Shown here piece by piece: positions 1 to 12,467 of a stretch of 64,000 nt of DNA (within the stretch, counting starts at the first letter, position 1; every line of letters starts with the position of its first letter). Location of the stretch: positions 7,874,001 to 7,938,000 of the forward strand of contig JBHGNT010000002.1 of assembly GCA_043228905.1 (NCBI GenBank), in the 5' to 3' direction. The position numbers and the translations under genes were made by a program. Source of the DNA: Azolla caroliniana. Lineage: Eukaryota; Plantae; Polypodiophyta. The notes under the pieces are model-generated. The model saw nothing but the letters and a program-made list of their open reading frames with translations. It had not been told where the DNA came from and did not search any database.

Positions 1-2416
1 CATCCGACTGGTTGGAATGATCCAGTCTCTCATTCGGTCCGCTTAACCGGAATGATTCCGGACTCTCATCTTGAGTCCCGAGTTCATCTTCCTCTACCTG
101 GGCCGGTGCAGGCTCACTAGCCCCATCCTCCGACATTGGGTCGGAATCGAAAGTCGGAGTTGAATACCACGATGCCGATTCATCAAACTCGACATCTCGG
201 CTGACTCGGACCTGCTTCGTCCGGGGGTTATAACACTTATTACCCTTTTGCTCTTGAGCATAGCCGATTAGGATGCATTTTTCCGATTTTGCATCCAGCT
301 TTCTCCGTTTCTCATCTGGCACATGTACATAGGCTATGCTGCCAAATATCCGAAGGTGTCTCAAATTTGGCTTGCGCCCGAAATACAGCTCGTGAGCTGA
401 CACCTTGTCCCCGATCCGGTTCTGGATGTAAACGGTAGTTTGGACCGCCTCTGCCCAGTAGAACTTGGGCATGCTCTTTTCCTCCAGCATTGCCCTAGCC
501 GCCTCAATCAGCGACCAATTCTTCCTTTCTGTTGCGGTGTGTATCTGCAACTGAATTCTCGCTAAATTCCTTTTTGTTGCAGATAGCTGTTGAATTGGCT
601 GGAAAAGTACTCTTTTCCGCCATCTGACCATAGGCATTTGATCTTCCTCTCCGATTCTTGTTCCACCATCTTCTGGAGGCTCCGGAAACACTCGAAGACT
701 TCGCTCTTCCGCTCAATGAGGTAGATCCACGTATGCCGTGTGTAGTCGTCGATGAAGGAGACGAAATATCGACTCCCGCCAATGCTAAACATTTTGTGCC
801 GGTCCCCACACATCCGAATGGATAAGATCGAGCTTGTTACGGCTTCGATTTCTTTTGGAGGGGAATGGAAGCCAGTGTTGCTTCCTGAGTTGGTAGGCTT
901 CATAAATCTGGGCTCTCCGGCCGCTAAACTTCGGCAAACCGAAAACGACTTGTTCCGTTTCCAGGTCTTGAAGCCTTCGGTAGTTGACGTGGCCAATCCG
1001 CTAGTGCCACAGGTCAATATCCGACTCGACCTTCTGTCCTTTGGCGAACAGTGCGGTGCCGACATCATTGGTGTTGAGGATAAACATCCTCCCATCTCTG
1101 CGCCCTTGCGCAATAACTTCGCCCTCATCCTCAATGAAGCACACGAGGTGCGTAAACCGCACCTGCATCCCCTGATCGACGATTTGTCCGACCGACACCA
1201 GGTTCTTCGTGATCGTCGGAACATGTAATACATTCATCTGCTTCCCCCTCTGTCCGACGTGGCTTAAAGGGACTTCTCCAACGTGCACGATCGGGTGGGG
1301 AGTGTCGTCTCCGGTTTCGACAACTCCTAATTGATCCGGCTTCTCCAAGAAAGAGAACCACTCCCCGTGGCTCGTCATGTGGTTCGATGCGCCGGAGTCA
1401 ACGTACCACACTTCCTCCGATTTGGAGGTGGTCTTCTTCATAGAGTTTTCCTTGTGCTTCACCACCAAGGCTGGCCCCTTACCGTTCTTGGATCCTCCCG
1501 ATCCGTTTGCGTAGTGCGAGCTTTGCCGGTCTTCCTTACCGGTCTTGCCGGATTCGGATTTGTCCGAATCGGCACGCTTTCTCCAGCACTCGCTTTCCCT
1601 GTGGCCCTTTTTGCCACAGTACTAGCATTCCGTAGTGGATTTGTCTTGCCGGCCTCCGGCACCACCTTGACTCCCCCTGCTTGTGGAAGTCCCGGAACTG
1701 TTGTCGGCACATTCACTGTGCCTTCATTCCTGCTCTTGTCGGCCGCCTCCATTGCATGCCGACCTGCCTCGTCCACCACGCTCGTGGAACCGATCTGCTC
1801 CCGTGTACAACATCCGGCTGTCTAGGGATGCACTCGTAGATGCACCGGCGTGGTTCTCCTCTACAAAGAGCATCAACTGTAAGTCGAAAAATGAGAGCGT
1901 ATTCTCCCTTGTACAAACCGCAGTCCGAAAATCTCCGAACTTGGATGCCAGGCCTCCAAGACAGACCTGCACCATCTCGTCTTCCGGTACGGTGACGTTA
2001 ATAGAGGCAAGCGAGTCACAGATCCCTTTGATCCAGGCTGTGTAATCTGCCACCGACATGTTCTTCTGTCGAACATTGCCTAACTCCTGTCTGAGTTGCA
2101 GCTTCCGGGCAGTGGTGCTTGCGGCAAAAACCTTTTTCAAGTTTCCCCAAGCATCCTTCAGTGTCTTGGCGTCACGGATATGGCTGAGCAGTTGGTCACC
2201 GACACTGGACGCGAAGCAGTACATCACCCTGCTTGCCGCTTGTTCCCACACTGGGAAGTCCTTGTGTGTCGTCTCCGGTGTTGAGTCGTTCACTCCGTCA
2301 ACATAACTCTAGTAGCCATGCCCAAGCAGGTACTGGTGCATCTTGTATGACCAAGATGTGTAGGTGGTTCTGTCGAGCTTCTCCACCGGGAGCAACGTAG
2401 CCATACCTCTGTCCAT
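1..2416 (-). pseudogene. copia-1 gag-pol polyprotein, disrupted by stops and frameshifts
   Basis: ORF fragments 2309-2617, 1724-2293, 1001-1468 and 562-1233 carry gag, protease, GAG-pre-integrase and rve motifs in different frames. Confidence 0.85.
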
Positions 2417-2496
2417 TTCTCCTTTGTGTCTGCTTTCCGATCTGTTAGGGTTTCCTTCACAAGCGTAGATGTCTGCAGTAGAGGTTCTCAACCCAC

Positions 2497-2510
2497 GCTC
2501 TCTGATACCA
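2497..2510 (-). other. Primer binding site, initiator tRNA-Met type
   Basis: Minus strand TGGTATCAGAGAGC immediately after the LTR ...CA; the canonical form is TGGTATCAGAGC. Confidence 0.85.
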
Positions 2511-2756
2511 TGTAAAGGATTGCTTGCGGAAGCGTTAGAAAGAACAATACACAGAAAGAAAGAAAGAAAGAAAGATATATTAACGTCTTCTAAGGCCAAA
2601 TTTGGCCCATGAGACAATTGGTTTACAACAAAAGAGTATTTATCCAGTCATCATAACTAAAATAAAATTAAGTAAAAAATAGAACTTAAACTAAAAGAGT
2701 TCTAGTAGTGTACAATATGTAGTATACTCGAAAGTGACTATACACTAAGCCTAATT

Positions 2757-5723
2757 TTATTTCCACCCAAGCCTCTCGAAAAGAAGTGGGGGGTCAAAGG
2801 GTCTTGATGTGGGTTCCAATGTAGAGAGTGCCCTAGCCATGGCTTCTAGGCGGTGTAGCTCACGTTCCCTAATTTTCAATATTGCTTCCACATCACGTCG
2901 AGTTTCTTTGAAACCCGACACCCGAGGATGTCTGGTTCTTCTCTGGTTTTCTGCCTCATCAATGGAAAGGCCGAGTGGTGCAAGTGTGTCGGCATTCGTT
3001 GTCTCCTCAGGTTCCTGAAAAACTTCATTTGTTACATGTTCGTGATCATTAGCAACATTATTGTCAACATTTTGTAACTTATTCTCTCTGTGTTGTTTTA
3101 GCTCTAGAATGTATTTTCCTAATTTCTTTATATCTAGAGTATCTAATAGTTTGGGGAGGGTGGGAGACGAACCAAGTATGTCTTGGTATTTTGCCCTTAT
3201 CTCGACATAGGTTGGACACTTGCATGTAAAGTGGTACTCATCCTCTATCTCTATGTGACATAACCTACATATCCTTTCCTCCCTAGGGACTCCACTAATA
3301 CGACCATTCTCAATCTCAAGTTGGTGAGATGATATTCTAAGTTGTCCAATGGCAACCCTTAGTGCATGTGGTAAGAATACATCTAGATATTTTGGCCGCG
3401 TGATAAAACCTAACTCAGAGAAGTGCATGAAGTGTTTCTTATAGTACAACATTTTAGATGGGAGTGGCTCTAGTGGGGTGATCCATTTACACCGAGTGTA
3501 AATTTGCCATATTTCTTGGCGTATTACTTTATTGCGGTCCTCATGAGAGATTAAAGTGTTATCACTCATGTGGTTGTACCTAAGGGGAGGTAGGTTATTA
3601 ATGTCTAGACCATTCGCAAGAAGCCAACTCACCATCATGCCATACCATGAGCTAGTATAGCCGGACTCATACAATGATCGAGAGGCCTTAAAGGCTTGAT
3701 GAGATATTTTGTCATGTGGTTGGCTATGTATCCTATGAATGAAGACTACAAGTTGAAAAAGTGCCTCTACTAACATTGGGGGTAACGTGAACTCAGCCCT
3801 AATAATGTCATGTGGTACAGTCGATTTGCTTCGGAGTTGGCGTGATAGCATCATCACCAATGGTCTCTCTAATTGTGTCCACATGAAAGATGGTAATCCT
3901 GGAGCCCAAACCGTTGATGCATACATGAGGGAGGGGGTCACTAATGAGTCAAAGAGCCACCCTTTAGTCCGTGGCTCTTGAAAGTGTGCTTGGTGGCATT
4001 GTCTCTCTAGGAGTGAGAGGGATGCATGTCCTCTCGTGAGTCTATCCTTCGCTGCCTGTGTCATCGAAAATTTACCTGAGCGGGCACTAAAAGTGACTCC
4101 CAGATAGATGTATGATCCAACCACCTCGACTGGGCTATGGTAGATAGTTAGGTGACACTTAGCTCTAACTTGGGCTGATGTGTGGAAGATAAGGACTTTC
4201 GTTTCCCTAGATTCACTACCAATCCTCGTTGTACACAAAAGTCATCTAAGGCATTAAGGTGCCTCTGTAGGTCGTGTTTGGATTCAGAGAGCAAAACTAT
4301 GTCATCCGCATAGAGCAAGATATGAACCTGCGTATCCCCAAGGACCACTCCGGTGCCTCCCTCACGAGCAATAAAATCAGTGATCTCATCAATGTAGATC
4401 CCAAAAAGCATCGGTGATAGGGGGCAACCTTGTTTTACACCAATAGTGCTAGTGAAACGATTAGATAGGCCACTTGGGCATCGGACACATCCGGACACTT
4501 GTTCATATAGTGCGTAGATGGCCCATACCATATCATCTGGTATCCTCAAGCTTTTAAGTCTATCAAACAACCGCTCTCTAGGGACTATGTCAAAGGCTTT
4601 GCGGAAGTCCACAAAACAACAATATAATTTCTTCTTGAGAGCCTTAGTTTGGTCAATTAGGCATCTAAGTGTGAAGATATGATCAATAGTGGAGAAGGCT
4701 CGTCTAAAGCCAGCTTGTTCAGGTGCACGAAGGTTTAACGTCTCCATATAGTCGCTAAGCTCTGCTTCCATTACTGCACTATATAACTTAGCAAGGGTAT
4801 GGCCTATCGTAATGGTCTTATATGTATTTGGGTCCATGGGGTCCCCCTCTTTATGTATGGGGGCCACTATATTCATAGTCCACTGTGGTGGAAAACCCTC
4901 CGCAAGGGCACGATTGAAGATTAGAGTTAGCAAGGGAGCTAGGCACTCTCTCGCATATATAATGTGTTCTGCTCGCAATCCCGTGTGGTCCATGGACTTC
5001 CTATGTTGGGGCCACTGTATTCATAGTCCACTGTGGTGGAAAACCCTCCGCAAGGGCACGATTGAAGATTAGAGTTAGCAAGGGAGCTAGGCACTCTCTC
5101 GCATATATAATGTGTTCTGCTCGCAATCCCGTGTGGTCCATGGACTTTCTATGTTGTAATTTCTTTATGACCTTCATGACCCTAGAGGTCGTGATGTGTG
5201 TGAGTTTTGTACTAAGGCTTTCTAATGGTAGGGAGGGATCAAGGGAGGGGAGATGGGCCTGAACATGTTGAGAGTATATGTCAGAGAGCTCATGTGTGAA
5301 ATGTATTGTGGTGTGATGGCATGGTTGACTAGACTTGGTGACCTTAGAGTATCACATTTTAGCTCAAAGTATAAGAAACTATGGTCTGCGCCAATAGGGC
5401 ATGGGGCCACTCGGAAGGAGTTAATCATGTGGGTAGTTTCAGGGCACCCTATTAGATAGTCAACTGTGCTTTCCCCTCCTCCATGTGGGAAACATGTGAG
5501 CTCTTCCGAGCCTGGCCACTTAGCTAAACCATTATATATGACCATCCGGTGCCGACTGCCAAGTTCGAGCAGATGATGGCCAAAGCTCGTGGCGTCCGCA
5601 CCTTGATCCTTTGATCTACGTGTGGTGCCTATGTCTAAAGGATCAACATTTACCATTTCTAGATTTCTATTCATCTGAAATACTGTGCATTGTCGGGATT
5701 GGGTTCTCGCATTGAAGTCTCCC
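2757..5723 (-). pseudogene. LINE ORF2 (endonuclease C-terminal part, RT, zinc finger), frameshifted
   Basis: ORFs 5222-5674, 4148-4993 and 2757-4238; the GDFNART motif ends at about 5723. Confidence 0.85.
4859..5157. repeat. 148-bp tandem duplication inside LINE ORF2
   Basis: gggccactRtattcatagtcc...ccatggacttYctatgttg occurs at 4861 and 5009 with 2 visible mismatches. Confidence 0.9.
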
Positions 5724-6121
5724 TTAGTCCTTCAATTTAAAGACTCAGACTCTAGAATCACTTTCTTTAAGAAGAGACCAATCCTTCGAGGAATGGATGG
5801 GGACCCCATCTATCTCGATGAAGACCTCACTAAGATGCAAATTGAGCATCGCACGAGTTGTATGCCACGAGTTATGCAAGCTCGTAAAGAAGGCCATCAC
5901 GCCTTTTACCGAGATGAGCGAGTGATCATAAATGATCGCACTACTAACTGACGGCGTGTGGCCCATATGACAAAAAATGCACTTAGGATGACCCTATGGA
6001 ATTGTAATGGCGCACTCTGGGCACACCCCGGCCGCCTAGAGGAGATACTAAAGGTATCTGATATACTTTTCTTGGTAGAAACACATCAGAGCCCAAATAG
6101 AGGACTCCCACGGGTCGAAGG
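5724..6121 (+). pseudogene. Inverted 5' segment of the same LINE: ORF1 C-terminus and ORF2 (APE) N-terminus
   Basis: Plus strand ORF1-like IYLDEDLT...ARKEG...VIIND* (5724-5951), followed by APE start LWNCNG...DILFLVETH (5958-6121), opposite to the rest of ORF2. Confidence 0.8.
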
Positions 6122-6749
6122 ATTCCGGTTTGCATACCAGTTCCGGTTCCGGTTTGCTTGCCGGTTCCAATTCCAGTTTTGCTTACCGGCCGGTTTCCGG
6201 TTTGCATATCGGCCAGTTTCCGATTCCGGTTTCCTTGCCGGTCGATTTCCGGTTCCGGTTTTGCTTGCCGGCCGGTTTCTGGTTCCGGTTTAGCTTGCCG
6301 GTTCCGGTTCCAGTTTTGTTTACCAACCAATTTCCGGTTTGCATACCGGCCGGTTTCCGGATTTGCTTATCGGACCGGTTTCCAAATTTGCTTACCGGCC
6401 AATTTCCGGATTTGTTTATCGACCGGTTTCCGGTTTTAGGGAATTAGGCCACCATTATCCATTAAGACAAAGTGGCCAAAGTGCTCTTAGCACAAATGAA
6501 AAATGAGGGACCTCAAGGTGCTTATATAGCCAGGACCTTAACTTTCCTATCTATGCGGGATAGTTCTAATTTCCCTATATTCTCAAACTTTATTTTCACA
6601 TAACTTGATATGTATTTCTCCATTTTGTATACAGTAAAATACATTTTGAAGCTCTTGAGTATATCCATCTTTCTATAGTAAGCTACTAATCTAATCTATA
6701 ATAATTATTTCATTATTTTTTTACATAGTGTGTGAAGATTCACACGACA
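6122..6749 (-). repeat. A1 3' LTR (partial), begins inside the CCGGTT-rich tract
   Basis: Matches 13130-13657 and ends in cacacgaca. Confidence 0.9.
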
Positions 6750-6810
6750 TTCACCAAACCTGCACATCCACCAGTATGTGCCAATTTTAGTGAGGATTCA
6801 TTTTTGTTTA

Positions 6811-9800
6811 CTATACTTTTTCATCGATGCTTAAGACTGAATCGTCAAAAGCTTCGAATCCAATTTCTATTCTATGTCTTCTCTTGAAGATCTTGATTCT
6901 TTTACCGGCAATTGGCAGGGCAAGTGGTGTACCATCCAATTCTACTAAATCATATTTTGCATTATCTTCCACTTTCTTCACCACATATGGCCCAAACCAT
7001 CGTTGTGAGAATTTTCTAGCAGTACTATGTTGGTTATCTAGGCTACTGTCATAGACTAGCACCCAATCTCCTTCAACGATTTTCCTCGACCGAAGTCGAT
7101 GTCGTTTATCGAAGTCTTTCTTGTTCTTTAGCCTTGCATTCTTTAGTCGCGCTTTAGCCACCTCTATATCTTCCAAATTCTGCTCTAATTGTCGAATCCT
7201 CAATGCTAGAAGATCTTTTGTGCTTATCTCATCTTGCCATGGCAATGCAAACCATGAAATAATACTTTGTTCTACAGGCATTATTGGCTTTTGTCCTAAT
7301 ATGAGCTCTACCGGCATGTATCCTATCACCGTGCTATGAGTAGTCCTGTCAGCCCATAGTGCAAATGGCAATAGACGCGGCCATTCTCCTATTTTCGCAT
7401 GGCAAGCTTTCACTAGAGCCTTCACAATTGGTCCATGTCCACGTTCCACCTTCCCATTTGCTTCCGGATTATACGCCATGGTAAGAGATAATTTGATTCC
7501 CATCCTCGAGAGGAATTCTCTAGCTTCATTGGTGTCCAACTCGCATCTATCAGCCACTATCTTACCGACGCATCCATATCTGCAAATAACATCTTCAAGA
7601 AGGAATCGACATACCGATGATGTCTCCTTAGTTCTTATCGCTCGCCCTTCAACTTGATTGGTAAGATCCTCTCTCGCGAGCACAAGATACTTCATCTGCC
7701 ATTGCCCCACTGGCATCATCACGATGTCCACCATCCACTTGTAATCCATAGCCAATGGGTAACTCAGATGAAGTCCATCTCGATGGCGAATATTCGAAAA
7801 CATTTGACATTCCTTACATGTTTCCACATAAGCTGCTATATCTTTGTAGATGCCCAGCCACCAATATTTCTCCTTAAGCTTCGCAAACGTAGCCCATATT
7901 CCTCAATGGCCTGCAAAAACACTATCATGAAATTCGGACATTAGTTTTTATTGGTCTTCTAGCTTGCAGACAACTCTCATCGGAGTCCCATTCTTCTTTT
8001 TGGCATGCTTCCAAAGAGCTCCATCCTTAAGGAAATACTTGTATGATTTCTTCCGAATTCGATGGAAGTCTTCCGTCGACCATGATTCATCTTTTTGGAG
8101 AGAACTCAAGTATTTTCCGATCTCCACGAATTCTCCTTCGTGGTCCTCTTCTATGAAAGTAGTCAACACCCGAGCATAGGAACTTGCAAAGAAATCCAGG
8201 CCAACATCATCTTCATCAGAATGTTGATCTTCTTCTCTGTCCTATCTCGCTCGTGATACCATGTCTACAACGACATTACGCTTCCTAGCTACATGACGGA
8301 TTTTCGAGATTGAGTGATTTGATATATGCAATCCAACGCAACATGGCAATATCCGATGTATTACAACCAGATATCATACTCAAATTTGGTAGGCAATCTG
8401 TCTCAATTATGACTTCTGCTCCAATAAGGTAATCACGATCAGACTTGATTGCCGAGACGATTCCCCATCGCTCCCTCTTCACTTCGGCATACCTTCTTTG
8501 CCTGTCACTTAAAACTTTCGCGCCAAACCGAATTGCATATCGGTTGTAATCTTCATCTTCTTGGTTGATAACCCATCCAATTCCGATTGAACTACTATCC
8601 ACAGTCACGAAAATCGGCTTGCCGTATGAATAGTCTGCTTTCCGTAATGCAGGTGCCTCCATCAATAATTTCTTCAGCCTTCGGATGGCGATTGTATGCT
8701 CGCTCATCCATTCGAACATCCGCTTCTTCTTTAGTAGACCATATAATGGCTCAGCAATGTGGGTGTAGTGTGGAATCCAAATATGATAAAACGCGCATGC
8801 TCCAAGGAACCTTCGAACCTCCGTTTGGGTTACACATTCTTCTTTGAAATTCATGTCTTGGATTGCATTCACCTTAGATGGCGAAGGTTTCCGACCGTAT
8901 GCTCCACACAAGTGACCTACCACCAGGATCTCCGGTTGCCCGAATGCGGATTTCTCTCCCAAAAATGTCAAATTCGCATCTTCGAGCCTTTGGAGCACCT
9001 TCTCGCAATCTTTCATATGATCCACGACGAACTTTCTACATCCATCCTTATCTTTTGATTCATCCTTCTCTTCATCCGAACATCCTTTTATCGGGATATC
9101 ATCTAAGAATGGCATTGTGATATCCGGGATGCAATCCTTCAAGACCTTGTTCATGGCATTCACCATATGAGCCACCGAGTTCATTGCGCCTTGAGGTTAG
9201 GTACACATCCCCACCAACCCGATTGGAGTTCTCATGGTTGTAATGTCACGACTGTCGACCGCCAACTGGAATTGATCGTAGCCAGAGTAGAGATTGCCGA
9301 TGGAGTAGATGGACCGGCCCGCAAACGCCTCGGCAAATTCATCCACACTCGGATCGATTCCAGTAGTCCGAATTGTCACCTTGTTGACGGGTTGAAGATC
9401 TTGAATGAATCACAACGATCCATTCTTCTTTGGCACCGTGAACCACTATTAGAATAAAGAGCATTTGACGGTTCTAGAATTCCCATCCTCACCTTCTCCT
9501 TTAAGAGCTCGATCAGCTTCGGTAAGTGTGCTCTCGGAACCGGTATCGGTTTCAAATTCCAAGGCACATGTAGCACCGTGAAGATCACCATCAGTTCTAC
9601 CGTCCTTGGATTAGCACACCTGATTTCTTGTGGGAAAAATGCGAAAGCCTTCCCATGTCTTTCAAGCATTCCACGAAACATCCGCTCCTCTTCAGGGAGG
9701 AGGAAATCCTCCCTTCCAACTCGTAGCTTTCCCTTCATCTCTTCAGTGAAGACGTGACCAATTGTATTTGGGTTCCTTAAGCTTGATCTTTTGCAACTTC

Positions 9801-12450
9801 CTTCATCTTTTGCCAGTTATCTTCCGGTAGCGGAACTGCAATTGGCTTGATCTTCCTATCCACAGTTTTATATTTTGTGTTGACTTCGGCTTCCACTATC
9901 AAGATGCCTCGATGATATTCATCGATGATAGTATACATGTTGACGGAGTTAACCGAAATCACATGTTGATGGTGAGGATAGCTCAAATCCACGACTTCCT
10001 CAAATTCGCCAATGGTGTCGTTAAATGAGGCTTCCTCCAGAATATATGACACGAATTCTTCTTCTTCGATTATGCTTTCTTCTTTCAGCACCTCCTCGAA
10101 GTTTTGTATCTGACACTTTTCCTTCTTGTTGAGTAGTCTAAGTTTGCATGCGCCGCCAAGTGTGATGCATGTTGCTTCTCCTTGCAATCCACGCACTTTG
10201 CTTCCTTGTGGGGACTTATGATTCCTCGGACTTCAATAGGCCGCTTTAAAAATCTGAGGATTTGCCTCCAAGGCTATCTTGGTTTCGTTCATGATTAGCT
10301 CGCACCGTCAGGAATTGAACGGATCTTTTACTATCAAGACTCTTGACGCGCGCGAAGGCTGCTCCATTATCGAACACCTTGGTCTCCATCCAGGACGATG
10401 TTATATATGGTTGTCCTAGGATGACGGGATGTGAAGCCGAGTCTTGCACGAAGAAGTGTTGATCAATCTCTACATCCCCGATCGTGACTTTAACGTTGGA
10501 GCAAGCTCCGGACAAGTCCTCCGTAGTCTTCGTCACCGCTCGAATCTTCCATCCGTGGTTTGTATTAATCGGCCATCTTCCTTTCTTGTAGAACTCGGTC
10601 GACATGAGGTTGATCTCTGAGCCATGGTCAATCAAAGCGACCACAGTCTCTTTCTTCTCCCTGATCTTCACCGGTGTCTCTGTTGTTGCTCTTGCCCAAT
10701 GACGCCGCGAGTAATGGCTATCCGCCACCACTTCTTCTTCTTCCTCCTCTTCTGATCTTGCCATGGTTATGGCACTTTTTTTCACCTCCTCTTCATCATA
10801 TTGTTGCCGCTTCCTTTTAATAAGGTTCACAATAGTATCATGGAACTCCTTCACGATCCCAAGTAGCTCTCTCAAGGTAAGGTCGACATGACTATCGAAA
10901 ACCTTCTCCTCAAGGACCTTCCGCAAGTTAGTTGTTTGTTCTATGTCCGACCTTAGCTTGTAAGTCAGTGCCGCTCGTTCTTTTCCTTTCTGCATTGATT
11001 CTTCGACTTCCATCCGAGCAGGTTGGCTCGATCCACCGGGCTTCATGTTTGTTTCACCAATCTCTTTTCTTGGGATAGGTTTGGGTGGCCCTTCTTTCCC
11101 TCCGTTCCTCGTGTTAGGTCACTTTGATGTGCCATCTTCTTCACCGGTTGTCTTCCTCTTCTCTTCGACAAGGGCTTCATAGGTGTCACACACAACCTCC
11201 GCAAAGCTTGTGTTTTCGTCGATTGGATCTGACCATCCGGTTGCTCGTCGCACATTTCGGTCAGCAAGTTTTAGATCCTCTGAATTGATTTTGCCTTTTT
11301 CTTTGCAGTCGAAGACCGTTGGCCAAAACCCAGCTCCTGGCTTGATCATTTTAAGATTCTCTTTTCCAACTCGTATCCCAGCCGAAGCGGCATAGTGCAT
11401 AGCCTCCACATGCCTTGCATCTTCTTCTTCTACAATCTTTTTCAGCCCACCTCTTCCGAAGTTCACTCGTAGTGGCTTCCGGGTCTCGCTCGAGTGAATC
11501 ATGTTGCCGTCCAAATAGGCGACAGTCTTGCGGATCGCATCTTGCAAGTCAGCACATTCCCTTCGTGAGTGTTCAAAGCTATCGGACCACACACATCTAT
11601 ACGCTTCTTTTCCCTTGGGCCCACGTCGACCTAAGTTGGCTAGCGATACCGCTTCAAACTTCTTGGAGAGCTCTTCGATTATAGACTCCTCCATTGCTTT
11701 CTTATCGAAGTTGTTGAACGGCTTGTTAGACCTGATCGTAAGTGGTGCCTTCCTCCTCCACGATTGTGGATTCTCCATATCAGTTTCCTCTTGCCGTTGT
11801 CGACGCTTATCAAGACGGCTACAAGCCTTCTTCACTGCCGCCCAATCCGCTACCAAGCCACTAGGTTGTGTTTCATCCTCCAAAAAGTTACCCAATTCAT
11901 GCCGATCTTTCGCATCCACTGCCTTCAGGGATAGTAGGACTTTATCTCCATCAAGAACTCGTTGATCAACACTCGGAAGTCGGTTATACTTCTGGTCGAA
12001 TTCATCATATACTCCAGATGCACACATATTCTTTCCTTTCTTCTCAATCCAAGACATTAGCGTATGTTGAGTCATTCGTGATGCGTCTTCAAGCATGTAT
12101 TCAGCGAGAAGTGCCTTTTCGAACTCCGCCCAAGTTGCATGCTCGTTTTGAATCTCCATGATCCCTGGTTCCACCACACGTTTGAAGCCAGAAATTTGTT
12201 TGAGATCATTGACATCCCTTTGTTGCATCTCGTTTCGATAGGTAGCAATAAAATCTGTGATGTTCTTGCCACCAAATCGTCTGGCTATCTCAACCGTACG
12301 ATCAACAGCTTTGTCGATTAGAGCTTCTCGATCTCTCACCTTCAGCATGTATTCCACTATGAACACCATGCCTTTCGTTAATTCCTCTCCTTGAGTTCCA
12401 CTTGTGGAAGCCATCGTTGCACTTGATATCCTCCCTACCGCCTCTTTCAC
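6811..12450 (-). pseudogene. A1 gag-pol, multiple stops and frameshifts
   Basis: ORFs 11119-12450 (gag, degenerate CCHC), 10246-11046 (PR), 9376-9738/9197-9379/8285-9184 (RT-RH) and 6811-7827 (INT with WFGPY). Confidence 0.9.
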
Positions 12451-12463
12451 ATCGGGTTCACCA
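12446..12463 (-). other. PBS complementary to tRNA-Trp 3' end (A1)
   Basis: Plus strand ttcacatcgggttcacca versus plant tRNA-Trp 3' end TTCACGTCGGGTTCACCA (1 mismatch), 4 nt from the LTR. Confidence 0.85.
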
Positions 12464-12467
12464 AAGA

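Larger units (their letters stand above)
1..2552 (-). mobile_element. Ty1/copia LTR retrotransposon 'copia-1', 5' part (gag-PR-INT), runs off the window start; 5' LTR remnant 2511-~2552
   Basis: Copia gag (KLDRTTYTSWSYKM..., ARKLQLRQEL), protease WYVDSGASNHMT, and integrase YFVSFIDDYTRHTWIY...SDGGKEY in copia order. tRNA-iMet-type PBS at 2497-2510 directly abuts an LTR end (plus strand tgtaaagg at 2511). Confidence 0.9.
2553..6121 (-). mobile_element. Non-LTR retrotransposon (LINE, RTE/RTEX-like), 5'-inverted and truncated
   Basis: APE motifs (GDFNART, DH), RT (AGFR...FVDFRKAFD...GVKQGCPLSP...LYADD), C-terminal RxSSHxLxIExGR...CxxC...EDExH...C zinc finger, AT-rich 3' UTR and (TTTC)n tail near 2553-2574. 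Confidence 0.85.

Noticed and set aside
5983-6447. RFRF/PVPV-rich ORFs (also 12951-13354, 44018-44292, 47149-48102)
   Set aside because: Translations of the stop-poor CCGGTT tract in LTRs, open in several frames on both strands.
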